A stretch of 38,639 nt of DNA from a virus (IMGVR_UViG_2778261594_000006:1-38639); one strand, 5' to 3'. Shown: positions 7,956 to 17,140, counted from the first letter of the stretch. Notes: generated by a model not told the origin, from the sequence alone. Program-made: numbers and translations.

Positions 7956-7990
7956 GCGCTTTGTCAGCGCCCCATCGAAGTTAAAGAGCC
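7956..7990 (-). promoter_or_regulatory. nutL site (boxA-like + boxB hairpin)
   Basis: Minus-strand boxA-like GGCTCTTTAA (7981-7990) then boxB GCGCUGACAAAGCGC (7956-7970), between the pL candidate and N. Confidence 0.65.
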
Positions 7991-8035
7991 TGCCAATCTG
8001 TTCCGTTTGGCTTCCAGCTTCCTGCTGATGGCTAA

Positions 8036-8077
8036 ATAGTACGATGTGTACTTTATTGAGTCAATACAAAATGTTCT
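8036..8077 (-). promoter_or_regulatory. pL promoter candidate with OL operator half-site palindromes
   Basis: Minus-strand -35 TTGACT (rc of 8059-8064), 17-nt spacer, -10 TACTAT (rc of 8036-8041); palindrome AGTAC-N5-GTACT at 8038-8052 and a degenerate copy at 8063-8077. Confidence 0.4.
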
Positions 8078-8121
8078 AAATGTGGTTGGTTTTTTATAAC
8101 ACTTTGTATTTTATTGATTTA

Positions 8122-8158
8122 TATTTTGGAAAAAGAAAACCCGACGCTAAGGTCGGGT
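8122..8158 (-). terminator. Rho-independent terminator downstream of cI
   Basis: Hairpin ACCCGAC-GCUAAG-GUCGGGU (8139-8158) followed on the minus strand by a U-rich tract; 32 nt after the cI stop. Confidence 0.55.
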
Positions 8159-8189
8159 TATTGTTGTGTGTTTTAGAGTGGTGAGGCTG

Positions 8190-8849
8190 TTAACTAAATG
8201 TCTCTTCAGGCCACTGGCTGGCGATAACTTTCCCTACTACGGAACAGCTATCATTGCATGGGATCATTGGATATTGCGGGTTTAGTGGTTGTAGGAACAC
8301 CTGACCGCTATCCCTGATCAGTTTCTTGAAGGTAAACTCGTCACCGCCAAGTCTGGCTATGCAGAAATCTCCTGGCTCAACAGCCTGCTCAGGGTCAACG
8401 AGAATTAACATTCCGTCAGGAAAGCTTGGCTTGGATCCTGTTGGTGCGGTCATGGAATTACCTTCAACTTCAAGCCAAAACGCACAATCACTGGCTTTTT
8501 TGGTTGTGCTGACCCATCTCTCCGCATCACCTTTGGTAAAGGTTCTAAGCTCAGGCGAGAACATCCCGGCCTGAACATGAGAAAAAACAGGGTACTCATA
8601 TTGTTTTTTAACGGGGGCAGATGAGTATTCGCCAGCAGGTGAAAATGTACCGTCGTGGTTGAATGAGACGTTATCAATACCAAGGTATTTAAACACCACA
8701 CCAATCTCGTCAAGAGATGGATGACGAGATCCGCGCAACCAGTGACCAATTCCACCCTGCGTCATACCAAGCTCTTCAGCTAACTTCTCTTGAGTTATGC
8801 CGAGCTCTTTCATTCTGGATCTAGCCAGTTCATACCATTTCATTTTCAT
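8190..8849 (-). CDS. cI: CI-type repressor (HTH domain + LexA-like S24 autocleavage domain)
   Basis: N-terminal HTH ([20 protein letters not shown]), C-terminal S24-type region ending ...[26 protein letters not shown] resembling P22 C2/lambda CI; divergent from cro. True start may be the ATG at 8843 (better RBS spacing). Confidence 0.85.
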   Translation of the reverse strand: MKMKWYELARSRMKELGITQEKLAEELGMTQGGIGHWLRGSRHPSLDEIGVVFKYLGIDNVSFNHDGTFSPAGEYSSAPVKKQYEYPVFSHVQAGMFSPELRTFTKGDAERWVSTTKKASDCAFWLEVEGNSMTAPTGSKPSFPDGMLILVDPEQAVEPGDFCIARLGGDEFTFKKLIRDSGQVFLQPLNPQYPMIPCNDSCSVVGKVIASQWPEETFS

Positions 8850-8960
8850 ATCCTTATTATTACGCTATGTACTAAAACCATCCATGCACAAGATGTATTT
8901 TTTGTTTGCATTCCAAAAGTACATATCGTATTATTGTTTCATGGTTACTATGGAGGGCAT
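8850..8960. promoter_or_regulatory. OR / pR / pRM divergent control region
   Basis: pR candidate -35 TTGCAT (8906-8911), 17-nt spacer, -10 TATTAT (8929-8934); operator-like AGTAC-N5-GTAtT at 8918-8932 and AtTAC-N5-GTACT at 8859-8873. Confidence 0.45.
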
Positions 8961-9176
8961 ATGAGCAACCTACGAAAATATCGAGAGTCACTGAATATCT
9001 CTCAAACAACACTTGCTAAGGCGGTTGGATGCACACAGGGAGCTATCGGACATTGGGAATCTGGTCGTCGCTTCCCAGACCTTAAAACATGCCGTGCTCT
9101 TGTTGCGTGCCTAAACAAGTTAGGCGCAAAAGTCAGTCTTGATGACGTGTTCCCGCCGGAACACAAAGCCGCTTAA
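8961..9176 (+). CDS. cro: Cro-like HTH repressor
   Basis: 71-aa ORF from ATG 8961 (GGAGGG RBS); HTH motif ISQTTLAKAVGCTQGAIGHWESG; divergent from cI. Confidence 0.75.
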   Translation: MSNLRKYRESLNISQTTLAKAVGCTQGAIGHWESGRRFPDLKTCRALVACLNKLGAKVSLDDVFPPEHKAA

Positions 9177-9186
9177 TAAGCGGATC

Positions 9187-9221
9187 CGCTCTTTATCAAT
9201 CCGCACCGCCGACAACGCGGT
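9187..9221 (+). promoter_or_regulatory. nutR site (boxA + boxB hairpin)
   Basis: boxA CGCTCTTTA (9187-9195); boxB-like hairpin ACCGCCGACAACGCGGU (9205-9221) with GACAA loop motif, as in nutL. Confidence 0.6.
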
Positions 9222-9285
9222 AACTAATTAAGCACTCATCGAAAGATGGGTATTAGTGATTATTTACCTATGGAAATAGTAAGAA

Positions 9286-9585
9286 ATGGAACAAACAAGT
9301 TACAGCAAACTATCACAGCGCGACGTTGATCGTGCAGAAACAGATTTACTTATCAACCTGTCAACGCTTACCCAGCGCGGTCTGGCAAAGATGATTGGCT
9401 GTCATGAATCGAAGATAAGCAGAACGGACTGGAGATTTATTGCTTCGGTTCTGTGTGCTTTCGGAATGGCATCAGACATCAGTCCGATTAGCAGGGCTTT
9501 TAAGTATGCGCTTGATGGACTCACCAATAAAAAACGCCCGGTGTGCAAGACCGAGCGTTCTGATCAAATACAAATGGAATTTTAA
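9286..9585 (+). CDS. cII: CII transcriptional activator
   Basis: 99-aa ORF; C-terminus LTNKKRPVCKTERSDQIQMEF closely matches lambda CII (ILTNKKRPAATERSEQIQMEF). Confidence 0.85.
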   Translation: MEQTSYSKLSQRDVDRAETDLLINLSTLTQRGLAKMIGCHESKISRTDWRFIASVLCAFGMASDISPISRAFKYALDGLTNKKRPVCKTERSDQIQMEF

Positions 9586-9607
9586 CAACATCCAACGAGG
9601 TAATTAT

Positions 9608-9880
9608 ATGCGAAACAAAGGCTTTAATCCACCTGATACACACAAAGAAGCTAAGCGTTTGCGCTTCCTTCGTTCCATTGATGAAAGAACTCAAATCTCT
9701 TTTGTGAAAGTTGCCAGAACTGAGCTTCTGAAGGCTGAGGCGAGGGCGTTGCTCCCGTCTCTACCAAAAGAGGAGGGATATACGTTCATTCCAAACGCAT
9801 TTCTGGAAAAGCTGCTCAAAGAAGACATATCCGTAAGTCAGTTTAACGATGTTCTTAAGGTCTTTCGTCAAGGCAGGTAG
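9608..9880 (+). CDS. Hypothetical protein (90 aa) between cII and the replication initiator
   Basis: ATG at 9608 with GAGG RBS; the track ORF's upstream part overlaps cII and is rejected. Confidence 0.5.
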   Translation: MRNKGFNPPDTHKEAKRLRFLRSIDERTQISFVKVARTELLKAEARALLPSLPKEEGYTFIPNAFLEKLLKEDISVSQFNDVLKVFRQGR

Positions 9881-9882
9881 TT

Positions 9883-10830
9883 ATGAGCAATACAGCAAAA
9901 ATCTACGATTTCAGCGCCGCACACGAGCGCAGGAGCAACAGGATGGAGAACCAGAAAACTGGTTACATTCCGTTGTACCGGAGCATTCTGAAACAGTCAT
10001 GGGCGAAAGATGTTTATCTTCGCACCCTGTGGGAAAACCTTCTCCTGAATGCCGCCAGAAAGCCATACAAAGCGAATTTCAAAGGTCATGAATGGCATCT
10101 GCAACCCGGTCAACTGGTTGTGACAGCAGCTGATTTAGGTCTTCAGTTATGCGACAGGCATGGCAAGCCAGCAAGCCGTGATCAGGTTGAGCGGATGCTT
10201 CAGGTTTTTGTGAAAGAGGGGATGATCTCCATTGATGGAGAGAAGCAAAAAGGTCGTGTGATAACCATCACAAATTACCATGAATATGCTCAAAAAATGG
10301 ACAATTTACCCGCACATGAAGCCGCACAAACAACCGCACATGATGCCGCACATGACGAAGCCAGTAATGGCGCGGCTTTCAGCGCACATGCCGCACATGA
10401 AAGCGCACATGAAGCCGCACAAACAACCGCACATCATGAACAAGAAGGTATTAACAAGAATATAAATAATACCCCCCTACCCCCCAATGGGGGAGGCGAT
10501 GGGCAGGTTAAACCTGAACGTCGCAAGGCAGAACGAATCGACTACGAATCCTTCCTGAACGCCTACAACACCGAAGTCGGTGACAGACTGCCACACGCTG
10601 TTGCGGTCAACGAGAAACGCAAACGCCGCCTGAAGAAAATTATCCCGCAACTGAAAACGCCAAACGTGGACGGTTTCAGAGCGTATGTCAGGGCGTTTGT
10701 GCATCAGGCCAAGCCGTTTTACTTCGGAGACAACGACACGGGCTGGACGGCTGATTTTGATTACCTGCTGAGGGAAGATTCGTTAACGGGAGTTCGGGAA
10801 GGGAAGTTTGCAGACAGGGGGATTGCATGA
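9883..10830 (+). CDS. Replication initiation protein (lambda O / P22 gene 18-like) containing the origin iterons
   Basis: N-terminus [10 protein letters not shown] resembles lambda O (MTNTAKILNF); internal DNA repeats and an AT-rich tract; followed by an ATGA-coupled helicase gene. Confidence 0.75.
   Translation: MSNTAKIYDFSAAHERRSNRMENQKTGYIPLYRSILKQSWAKDVYLRTLWENLLLNAARKPYKANFKGHEWHLQPGQLVVTAADLGLQLCDRHGKPASRDQVERMLQVFVKEGMISIDGEKQKGRVITITNYHEYAQKMDNLPAHEAAQTTAHDAAHDEASNGAAFSAHAAHESAHEAAQTTAHHEQEGINKNINNTPLPPNGGGDGQVKPERRKAERIDYESFLNAYNTEVGDRLPHAVAVNEKRKRRLKKIIPQLKTPNVDGFRAYVRAFVHQAKPFYFGDNDTGWTADFDYLLREDSLTGVREGKFADRGIA
10305..10470. repeat. Putative replication origin: about seven direct repeats of CGCACATGA (iterons) followed by an AT-rich tract, inside the O-like gene
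   Basis: Copies at about 10311, 10335, 10346, 10382, 10392, 10403 and 10428, including a 27-bp duplicated block; AT-rich 10441-10470. Confidence 0.6.
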
Positions 10831-12203
10831 GACAGGATATCGAAGCGAGCGTTATCGGTGGCCTGCTGATTGGTGGATTAACTCCAACCGCCAGTGACGT
10901 TCTGGCAACGCTGGAGCCGGAAGCGTTTTCAATTCCGCTCTACCGGAAAGCCTTCGAGGTTATCCGCAAGCAGGCGCGAAACAGAAACCTAATCGATGCG
11001 CTGATGGTTGCCGAGGCGTGCGGAGAGGAGCATTTCACGTCAATCCTGATGACCAGCAAAAACTGCCCGAGTGCCGCAAACCTGAAGGGATATGCCGGAA
11101 TGGTCGCGGATAACTATCACCGCCGTCTGGTGCTGGAAATCATGGATGAAATGCGTGAACCAATTCAGAGCGGAACCATCGACGCATCGAGTCAGGCGAT
11201 GGATGAGCTTGTAAAGCGTCTTTCAGCCATCAGAAAGCCCCGTGACGAGGTTAAACCTGTACGGTTAGGGGAAATCATCACTGACTACACTGACACGCTT
11301 GACAGGCGTCTGAGGAACGGAGAAGAGTCAGATACCCTGAAGACCGGAATCGAAGAACTTGATGTCATCACCGGAGGGATGAACTCGGAAGACCTGGTGA
11401 TTATCGCTGCTCGTCCGGGTATGGGGAAAACCGAGCTGGCGCTGAAGATTGCCGAAGGCGTTGCAAGCCGCGTTATTCCTGGTTCTGACGTCCGGCGCGG
11501 AGTGTTGATTTTCTCGATGGAAATGAGCGCATTGCAGATTGCAGAGCGAAGCATTGCCAACGCCGGGAGGATGTCGGTTAGCGTGCTGCGAAATCCTGCT
11601 TCGATGGATGACGAAGGCTGGGCGCGCGTTGCTAATGGCATGAGTCAGCTTGCAGATTTGGATGTATGGGTAGTCGATGCCTCTCGGTTATCGGTCGAAG
11701 AAATACGCTCAATCGCAGAACGGCACAAACAGGAAAATCCAAACCTGTCACTCATCATGGTGGATTATCTTGGCCTGATTGAGAAGCCGAAAGCAGATCG
11801 CAACGACCTAGCAATTGCTCACATCTCCGGAAGCCTGAAGGCGATGGCGAAAGACCTGAAAACGCCTGTTATCTCCCTAAGTCAGCTTTCGCGAGATGTT
11901 GAGAAGCGACCAAACAAACGCCCGACAAACGCAGATTTGCGTGATTCAGGAAGCATTGAACAGGACGCAGACTCAATCATCATGCTCTATCGGGAAGCGG
12001 TATATGATGAGAACAGTAGCGCCGCGCCATTTGCTGAAATCATCGTGACGAAAAACCGTTTTGGCTCGCTTGGTACGGTTTACCAGCGGTTCTGTAACGG
12101 ACACTTTGTGGCATGTGACCAGGATGAAGCCAGACAGATTTGCACAACATCAAATGCACCTGCTGCGCGTGGCAGAAGATATGCACAAGGGGCTGACGTA
12201 TGA
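10827..12203 (+). CDS. Replicative DNA helicase (DnaB-like; P22 gene 12-type)
   Basis: 458-aa ORF with Walker A GMGKT, RecA-like core and DnaB-type N-terminal domain. Confidence 0.9.
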   Translation: MRQDIEASVIGGLLIGGLTPTASDVLATLEPEAFSIPLYRKAFEVIRKQARNRNLIDALMVAEACGEEHFTSILMTSKNCPSAANLKGYAGMVADNYHRRLVLEIMDEMREPIQSGTIDASSQAMDELVKRLSAIRKPRDEVKPVRLGEIITDYTDTLDRRLRNGEESDTLKTGIEELDVITGGMNSEDLVIIAARPGMGKTELALKIAEGVASRVIPGSDVRRGVLIFSMEMSALQIAERSIANAGRMSVSVLRNPASMDDEGWARVANGMSQLADLDVWVVDASRLSVEEIRSIAERHKQENPNLSLIMVDYLGLIEKPKADRNDLAIAHISGSLKAMAKDLKTPVISLSQLSRDVEKRPNKRPTNADLRDSGSIEQDADSIIMLYREAVYDENSSAAPFAEIIVTKNRFGSLGTVYQRFCNGHFVACDQDEARQICTTSNAPAARGRRYAQGADV

Positions 12204-12228
12204 CCATCTACATCACTGAGCTAATAAC

Positions 12229-12260
12229 AGGCCTGCTGGTAATCGCAGGCCTTTTTATTT
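12229..12260 (+). terminator. Rho-independent terminator (tR2-like)
   Basis: AGGCCTGC-tggtaatc-GCAGGCCT followed by TTTTTATTT. Confidence 0.7.
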
Positions 12261-12275
12261 GGGGGAGAGTAAATC

Positions 12276-12482
12276 GTGGTTGAGTTTATGCTCGTCGCAC
12301 TCAAATGCGTTGGCGTTGGATGGATTCTTATGACGTTTTTTATTGTTCTGCATATCTACATTCGTCTTGTGAATGACGGTAAAGAACCATGGTATACGTT
12401 GTGTGGCGCTGCATTTGTCTGGGTGATTATCGGTGTTATGCCTGTCGCTGTAGCAAAAATGGCGTGGCGTTTTGTGAGTTAA
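12276..12482 (+). CDS. Small membrane protein (68 aa), nin-region accessory gene
   Basis: GTG start with GGGGGAGAG RBS; two hydrophobic segments. Confidence 0.45.
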   Translation: MVEFMLVALKCVGVGWILMTFFIVLHIYIRLVNDGKEPWYTLCGAAFVWVIIGVMPVAVAKMAWRFVS

Positions 12483-12494
12483 TCGGAGGTTAAT

Positions 12495-12917
12495 GTGAGC
12501 AAGTGCCAAAAGTGCAATAACACAGGAATGTGTGATAGCGGAGGTTCTACTCCTTGGGGAGAGCCGATTTTTATTGAATGTGACTGCCTTATGAAAGATG
12601 ACGAAAGCAGATGCCAGTTTGAAGAGAGTTGGTTACGACGTGGGGGCGAATCTTCAGACCTTATCCGTTACCCTGAAAATCACCATGAAATTGGCAGTGG
12701 TGATATTGGTGGTCAATACGTGATGGACGATGTTCAAGGCCACTGGCAAACGTGGCAGGCATCGCGATCAGCTATTGAAATAACCGCGCCAAAGTTTATC
12801 GACAGCAGAGAAGCATTAGCCAAAGGGTTTACTGTTGATTATTCCAATGGCTTCGGTGATGCAATGGAGGCTTATGAGGAAAACATCCGCGCTGCTGGAA
12901 TCAAAGTGAAGGAGTGA
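12495..12917 (+). CDS. Cysteine-rich hypothetical protein (140 aa, zinc-ribbon-like N-terminus)
   Basis: GTG start with GGAGG RBS; CQKCNNTGMC...CDC motif. Confidence 0.5.
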   Translation: MSKCQKCNNTGMCDSGGSTPWGEPIFIECDCLMKDDESRCQFEESWLRRGGESSDLIRYPENHHEIGSGDIGGQYVMDDVQGHWQTWQASRSAIEITAPKFIDSREALAKGFTVDYSNGFGDAMEAYEENIRAAGIKVKE

Positions 12918-12919
12918 GC

Positions 12920-13105
12920 ATGAGTCGACGAAGTAGCTTTTTGGGGTTTGTAATATTCCTGTCCTGCACTGGTTACATCGTAATCTGGTCAATTTCGAAC
13001 ATTGACCGTGGCGTGGCATATCTCATTGTAATGTTCTTTCCTTTGTTTCTTGGGTGGTACGCCGCAAGGTTGCTGGAAGAATGGGGTTACAGGCATAAAA
13101 AATAA
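12920..13105 (+). CDS. Small membrane protein (61 aa)
   Basis: ATG at 12920 with AAGGAG RBS 6 nt upstream; two hydrophobic helices. Confidence 0.4.
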   Translation: MSRRSSFLGFVIFLSCTGYIVIWSISNIDRGVAYLIVMFFPLFLGWYAARLLEEWGYRHKK

Positions 13106-13116
13106 AGGAGTATTCA

Positions 13117-13527
13117 GTGAAGCAAACAATCTTCCTCCGAACTAAGCAACAACAGCAAGCTGCAATAAATGCCATCCTCGCAACGCCACTCGATAAAGAC
13201 AAGCCAGTCACCATCCGCATTACTGACTACAAGCGCAACCTTGACCAGAACGCAAAATTTCACGCGATGCTGGCGGATATCGCACGTCAGGTTCAATGGT
13301 GCGATAAATGGTTAAAACCAGAACAATGGAAGGTTTTGTTGATCAGCGGTCATGCAGTGGCTACAAAGCAGGAAGCTGATGTTTTGCCCGGCCTTGAAGG
13401 CGAATACGTCAACATTCGCGAAAGTAGCGCGCAGATGAGTGTGAAGCGTATGGCAAGTCTGATTGAGTACACGACAGCATGGGCTATTGGTCAGGGCGTC
13501 AGATTTACCGACAGGAGGTACGAATGA
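13117..13527 (+). CDS. ninB: NinB (Orf-family recombination mediator)
   Basis: GTG start with AAGGAG RBS; similarity to lambda NinB (...RSLDQN.KF.A.L.D..RQV.W). Confidence 0.85.
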   Translation: MKQTIFLRTKQQQQAAINAILATPLDKDKPVTIRITDYKRNLDQNAKFHAMLADIARQVQWCDKWLKPEQWKVLLISGHAVATKQEADVLPGLEGEYVNIRESSAQMSVKRMASLIEYTTAWAIGQGVRFTDRRYE

Positions 13528-13700
13528 GACGACAGCGACGAAGTATCACCGACATAATCTGTGAAAACTGCAAATACCTTCCAACGAAACGCTCCAGAAA
13601 TAAACGCAAGCCAATCCCAAAAGAATCTGACGTAAAAACCTTCAATTACACGGCTCACCTGTGGGATATCCGGTGGCTAAGACATCGTGCGAGGAAATGA
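13524..13700 (+). CDS. ninE: NinE
   Basis: 58-aa [55 protein letters not shown]..., matching lambda NinE as recalled; ATGA-coupled to ninB. Confidence 0.8.
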   Translation: MRRQRRSITDIICENCKYLPTKRSRNKRKPIPKESDVKTFNYTAHLWDIRWLRHRARK

Positions 13701-13702
13701 CA

Positions 13703-14086
13703 ATGGATTATTCACAGTTAAGTGATTTTGAAATTAACGTGGCGGTATTCGAAGCCATTCATAACGGATCACCGGATTACAAAGAAGGTGAGAATGGCGC
13801 GATGGTGTTTATCTCATTTGAGGGAGACATTGTAAACGGAGACGCAGTTGAAGTAGAGGTTGAGCGCGGATCCTTTAACCCATGCGCAAACCCAGCAGAC
13901 GCATGGCCGATTATCACTGAAAACAACATCAGCATAATTTTAGACAATCCCTCAATGCCGTGCGCTACAGACAACGCAAGGGACTTGTTTGATGATGCCG
14001 GACCGAATGTTGGTGTCGCATATGACAATCCACTCCGTGCCGCCATGATTGTCTTTCTCATGATGCAGGACGCCAATAATGCTTAG
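13703..14086 (+). CDS. nin-region protein (DUF2591/NinX-like)
   Basis: ATG at 13703 with GAGGAA RBS; motifs FNPCANPADAWPII and NPLRAAMIVFLMMQ. Confidence 0.55.
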   Translation: MDYSQLSDFEINVAVFEAIHNGSPDYKEGENGAMVFISFEGDIVNGDAVEVEVERGSFNPCANPADAWPIITENNISIILDNPSMPCATDNARDLFDDAGPNVGVAYDNPLRAAMIVFLMMQDANNA

Positions 14087-14255
14087 CCCATCCCAATCCC
14101 TTCAATACCAGAAAGAAAGCGTCGAGCGAGCTTTAACGTGCGCTAAATGCGGTCAGAAGCTGCATGTGCTGGAAGTTCACGTGTGCTCAGATTGCTGCGC
14201 AGAACTGATGAGCGATCCGAATAGCTCAATGTACGAGGAAGAAGACGATGAATGA
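14079..14255 (+). CDS. ninF: NinF
   Basis: 58-aa ORF MLSPSQSLQYQKESVERALTCAKCGQKLHVLEVHVCSDCCAELMSDPNSSMYEEEDDE, matching lambda NinF as recalled; below the 60-aa track threshold. Confidence 0.75.
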   Translation: MLSPSQSLQYQKESVERALTCAKCGQKLHVLEVHVCSDCCAELMSDPNSSMYEEEDDE

Positions 14256-14970
14256 GTTAATAAATGGCAATGCCATCAAAATGACAAGCATTGAAATCGC
14301 TGAGTTGGTGGGAAGTCGTCATGACAAGGTGAAACAATCTATTGAACGACTGGCGGCTCGAGGTGTGATCCGAAATCCCCCAATGGTGGTTTTCGAAAAA
14401 ATCAATAACTTAGGATTACTTCGTGGCGTAGAGGCTTACGTTTTTGAGGGCGAACAAGGTAAGCGAGACAGCATCATTGTCGTCGCTCAGTTGTCGCCGG
14501 AATTCACCGCTCGTCTTGTTGACCGTTGGCGAGAGCTTGAAGAAGCTGCGGTTAATATCCCCAAAACGCTACCAGAAGCGTTGCGCCTTGCTGCTGACCT
14601 TGCTGAGCAGAAAATGCAACTGGAAAACCAGCTCGCAATTGCCGCACCTAAAGTTGAGTTTGCCGATCGCGTTGGCGAGGCCAGCGGAATTTTGATTGGA
14701 AACTTTGCAAAGGTTGTTGGAATTGGTCCAAACAAACTGTTTGCGTGGATGCGCGATCACAAAATCCTTATTGCTTCAGGTTCCCGGCGCAATGTGCCAA
14801 TGCAGGAATATATGGATCGCGGCTATTTCACAGTGAAAGAAACAGCGGTCAACACAAATCACGGAATACAGATATCGTTCACCACAAAAATCACCGGGCG
14901 TGGTCAACAGTGGCTGACCAGAAAGCTGCTCGATAACGGAATGCTGAAAGTAACAGGGGAGGCTGCTTAA
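14248..14970 (+). CDS. Rha-domain/KilA-C-domain phage antirepressor-like protein (Roi-like)
   Basis: N-terminal Rha-type region (MTSIEIAELVGSRHDKVKQSIERL), C-terminal KilAC/Ant-type region. Confidence 0.7.
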   Translation: MNELINGNAIKMTSIEIAELVGSRHDKVKQSIERLAARGVIRNPPMVVFEKINNLGLLRGVEAYVFEGEQGKRDSIIVVAQLSPEFTARLVDRWRELEEAAVNIPKTLPEALRLAADLAEQKMQLENQLAIAAPKVEFADRVGEASGILIGNFAKVVGIGPNKLFAWMRDHKILIASGSRRNVPMQEYMDRGYFTVKETAVNTNHGIQISFTTKITGRGQQWLTRKLLDNGMLKVTGEAA

Positions 14971-15260
14971 TGGCTAACCTACGCAAAGAAGCACGCGGCA
15001 GAGAATGCCAGGTACGTATTTACGGCGTATGCAATGGCAATCCTGAAACTACAGTTCTGGCACATTACCGGATGGCTGGAATTTGCGGAACGGGAATGAA
15101 GCCTGACGACCTGATCGGCGCATGGGCTTGTAGCGCGTGTCACGATGAAATCGACCGACGCACCCATAACCTCGACAACAAAGACGCCAGACTTTATCAC
15201 CTCGAAGGCGTGATCAGGACGCAGGCGATCCTGCTGAAGGAGGGGAAGATTAAGCCATGA
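14970..15260 (+). CDS. DUF1364 (YbcO-like) nin-region protein
   Basis: 96-aa ORF with RGRECQVRIYGVCNGNPETTVLAH...CSACHDEIDRRTH, similar to E. coli prophage YbcO. Confidence 0.65.
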   Translation: MANLRKEARGRECQVRIYGVCNGNPETTVLAHYRMAGICGTGMKPDDLIGAWACSACHDEIDRRTHNLDNKDARLYHLEGVIRTQAILLKEGKIKP

Positions 15261-15619
15261 ACGAATATCAGTTTGTGCTTCCTTACCCGCCGTCGGTGAA
15301 CACCTACTGGCGAAGACGGGGAAGCCAATACTACATCAGCGATAAAGGCCAGAAATACCGAAAAGACGTTCAGCAAATCATTCGCCAACTCAAGTTAGAC
15401 ATTTTCACCAAATCACGACTCCGCATCAAAGTCATCGCAGACGTTCCAGACTCCCGCCGCCGCGACCTCGATAACATCCTGAAAGGTTTACTCGACTCCC
15501 TTATCCACGCCGGATTTGCGGAAGATGACGAGCAATTCGATGACATTCGCGTAATTCGTGGCGTGAAAGTACCAGGCGGACGGCTTGGAATAAAAATCAC
15601 CGAACTGGAGAACGCATGA
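15257..15619 (+). CDS. rusA: Holliday junction resolvase RusA
   Basis: 120-aa ORF with RusA signature (LPYPPSVNTYWR...RRRDLDN). Confidence 0.9.
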   Translation: MNEYQFVLPYPPSVNTYWRRRGSQYYISDKGQKYRKDVQQIIRQLKLDIFTKSRLRIKVIADVPDSRRRDLDNILKGLLDSLIHAGFAEDDEQFDDIRVIRGVKVPGGRLGIKITELENA

Positions 15620-15804
15620 ACGCCACAATTCAAACGATACCAGAGCTTCTTATACAGACACGAGGCAATCAGACCGAAGTGGCGAGGATGCTTTCCTGCG
15701 CAAGAGGAACAGTGCTCAAGTACAACCGAGACAGCAAAGGCGAGCGTCACGTAATAGTTAACGGCGTCCTGATGGTCAAACAGGGCAAGAGGGGAAGACG
15801 ATGA
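15616..15804 (+). CDS. ninH: NinH
   Basis: 62-aa ORF ...GNQTEVARMLSCARGTVLKY...HVIVNGVLMV, similar to lambda NinH. Confidence 0.8.
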   Translation: MNATIQTIPELLIQTRGNQTEVARMLSCARGTVLKYNRDSKGERHVIVNGVLMVKQGKRGRR

Positions 15805-16289
15805 GCATAAGAGAACTAAACCTCACCAAAGAACAGCACGAGTGGCTGAATGGCTGGCTTGAACTGTGGGGCGCATGGGTTTATTCAGGTCGTCTGGAAA
15901 AGCGCATGAGCAGCGTAATAGCGAAGTTCATGGAGAGCGTAGAGCCGGGAAGAGTTATGACAAGGCCAATGTGTAATGATGATGATGGAATGTTGATTTC
16001 TCAGGTCGTCGATTCCGTCATGTACATTGACAAGAAAGCCTTTGGCATCCTCCTCAGCTACTACGCTCACGGTTCTTCCAAGCACGCCATTGCATCTTAC
16101 TATCATCGCGTCGCAAGACCTCGCAAGATGTTATGCCGGGGCGGCGGGCGCATTCAAAAACCATCGCTCGCAACCTGTCGTCGGGAAGTTGACGAAATCC
16201 TCAATGCCTCGTTGTTTATGATTTACCCGGTTCTGGATAGTGCGTTTAAAAACCGGAAACGTGTAGAGAAAATTAAACATGTAGCATAG
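15801..16289 (+). CDS. Q: Late-gene antiterminator Q
   Basis: 162-aa ORF at the end of the nin region, immediately upstream of the late promoter/terminator region and lysis cassette; Cys/His-containing C-terminal half. Confidence 0.7.
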   Translation: MSIRELNLTKEQHEWLNGWLELWGAWVYSGRLEKRMSSVIAKFMESVEPGRVMTRPMCNDDDGMLISQVVDSVMYIDKKAFGILLSYYAHGSSKHAIASYYHRVARPRKMLCRGGGRIQKPSLATCRREVDEILNASLFMIYPVLDSAFKNRKRVEKIKHVA

Positions 16290-16295
16290 AACGTG

Positions 16296-16377
16296 TTGAC
16301 ATCATTGAGCAAATGAGCAACACTATTCTCATAAGCTGCCGTTAGTGACTCTTAAGTTGCAACGGTGGCTTTTTTTG
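16296..16377 (+). promoter_or_regulatory. Late promoter region (pR'-like) with a tR'-like terminator
   Basis: TTGACA at 16296-16301; imperfect hairpin then T7 run at 16370-16377. Confidence 0.4.
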
Positions 16378-16661
16378 TTTGCACAACAGGTAAGAGCATT
16401 GAACCCGCAGACCTCGCGGAATTGGTGAAAGGTGCCGCGCAGTGCTCTTATCGTTGTGGTGAATGCACAGGCTGATGTGTAAGGGCAAGAATCTTTCGCT
16501 GGATTCGGTATGGCCACGTAGCCAGCTGTAGGCAGTTGCAGCAAACCGGAGATCAGCACCGGTCGCCACAATCCAAACTGAGCCGTAGCCACTGGATGTC
16601 CTGAATTAATCAGTGATAGTTATGCTGCGGCCTTCTACACATGATCTTCGTGAAAGCGGGC

Positions 16662-16697
16662 GGCATGAGGTTGCGCTAACAACCTCATGCCGTTTTG
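16662..16697 (+). terminator. Strong hairpin (12-bp stem) with short U-tract in the Q-S intergenic leader
   Basis: GGCATGAGGTTG-cgctaa-CAACCTCATGCC followed by GTTTTG. Confidence 0.4.
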
Positions 16698-16816
16698 CCC
16701 GTGCATATCGGTCACGAACAAATCTGATTACTAAACACAGTAGCCTGGATTTGTTCTATCAGTAATCGACCTTATTCCTAATTAAATAGAGCAAATCCCC
16801 TTACTGGGGGTAAGAC

Positions 16817-17140
16817 ATGAAGATGCCAGAAAAACATGACCTGTTAGCCGCCATTCTCGCGGCAAAGGAACAAGGCATCGGGGCAATCCTTGCGTTTGCA
16901 ATGGCGTACCTTCGCGGCAGATATAATGGCGGTGCGTTTACAAAAACAGTAATCGACGCAACGATGTGCGCCATTATCGCCTGGTTCATTCGTGACCTTC
17001 TCGACTTCGCCGGACTAAGTAGCAATCTCGCTTATATAACAAGCGTGTTTATCGGCTACATCGGCACTGACTCGATTGGTTCGCTTATCAAACGCTTCGC
17101 TGCTAAAAAAGCCGGAGTAGAAGATGGTGGAAATCAATAA
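16817..17140 (+). CDS. S: Holin, lambda S family (dual-start M-K-M)
   Basis: 107-aa ORF near-identical to my recollection of lambda S; upstream stem-loop CCCCTTACTGGGGG overlaps the RBS. Confidence 0.95.
   Translation: MKMPEKHDLLAAILAAKEQGIGAILAFAMAYLRGRYNGGAFTKTVIDATMCAIIAWFIRDLLDFAGLSSNLAYITSVFIGYIGTDSIGSLIKRFAAKKAGVEDGGNQ

Noticed and set aside
9440-9607. Upstream part of track ORF 9440-9880 overlapping cII
   Set aside because: It overlaps the well-supported cII gene in another frame; an in-frame ATG with RBS at 9608 gives a 90-aa product.
10280-10465. Track ORF (61 aa, MNMLKKW...HMK repeats) and possible CRISPR-like repeats
   Set aside because: The repeats are 9-bp iterons inside the O-like gene, in frame with that gene, with no spacer/repeat architecture and no cas genes; the 61-aa ORF is an alternate-frame artefact of the repeats.
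16290-16816. Possible tRNA genes or toxin cargo between Q and the holin, as in Stx phages
   Set aside because: No cloverleaf-compatible sequence (no GGTTCGAATCC-type T-arm with matching acceptor stems) and no ORF with RBS; the two minus-strand ORFs (16329-16592, 16342-16569) overlap each other in different frames and run against the operon.
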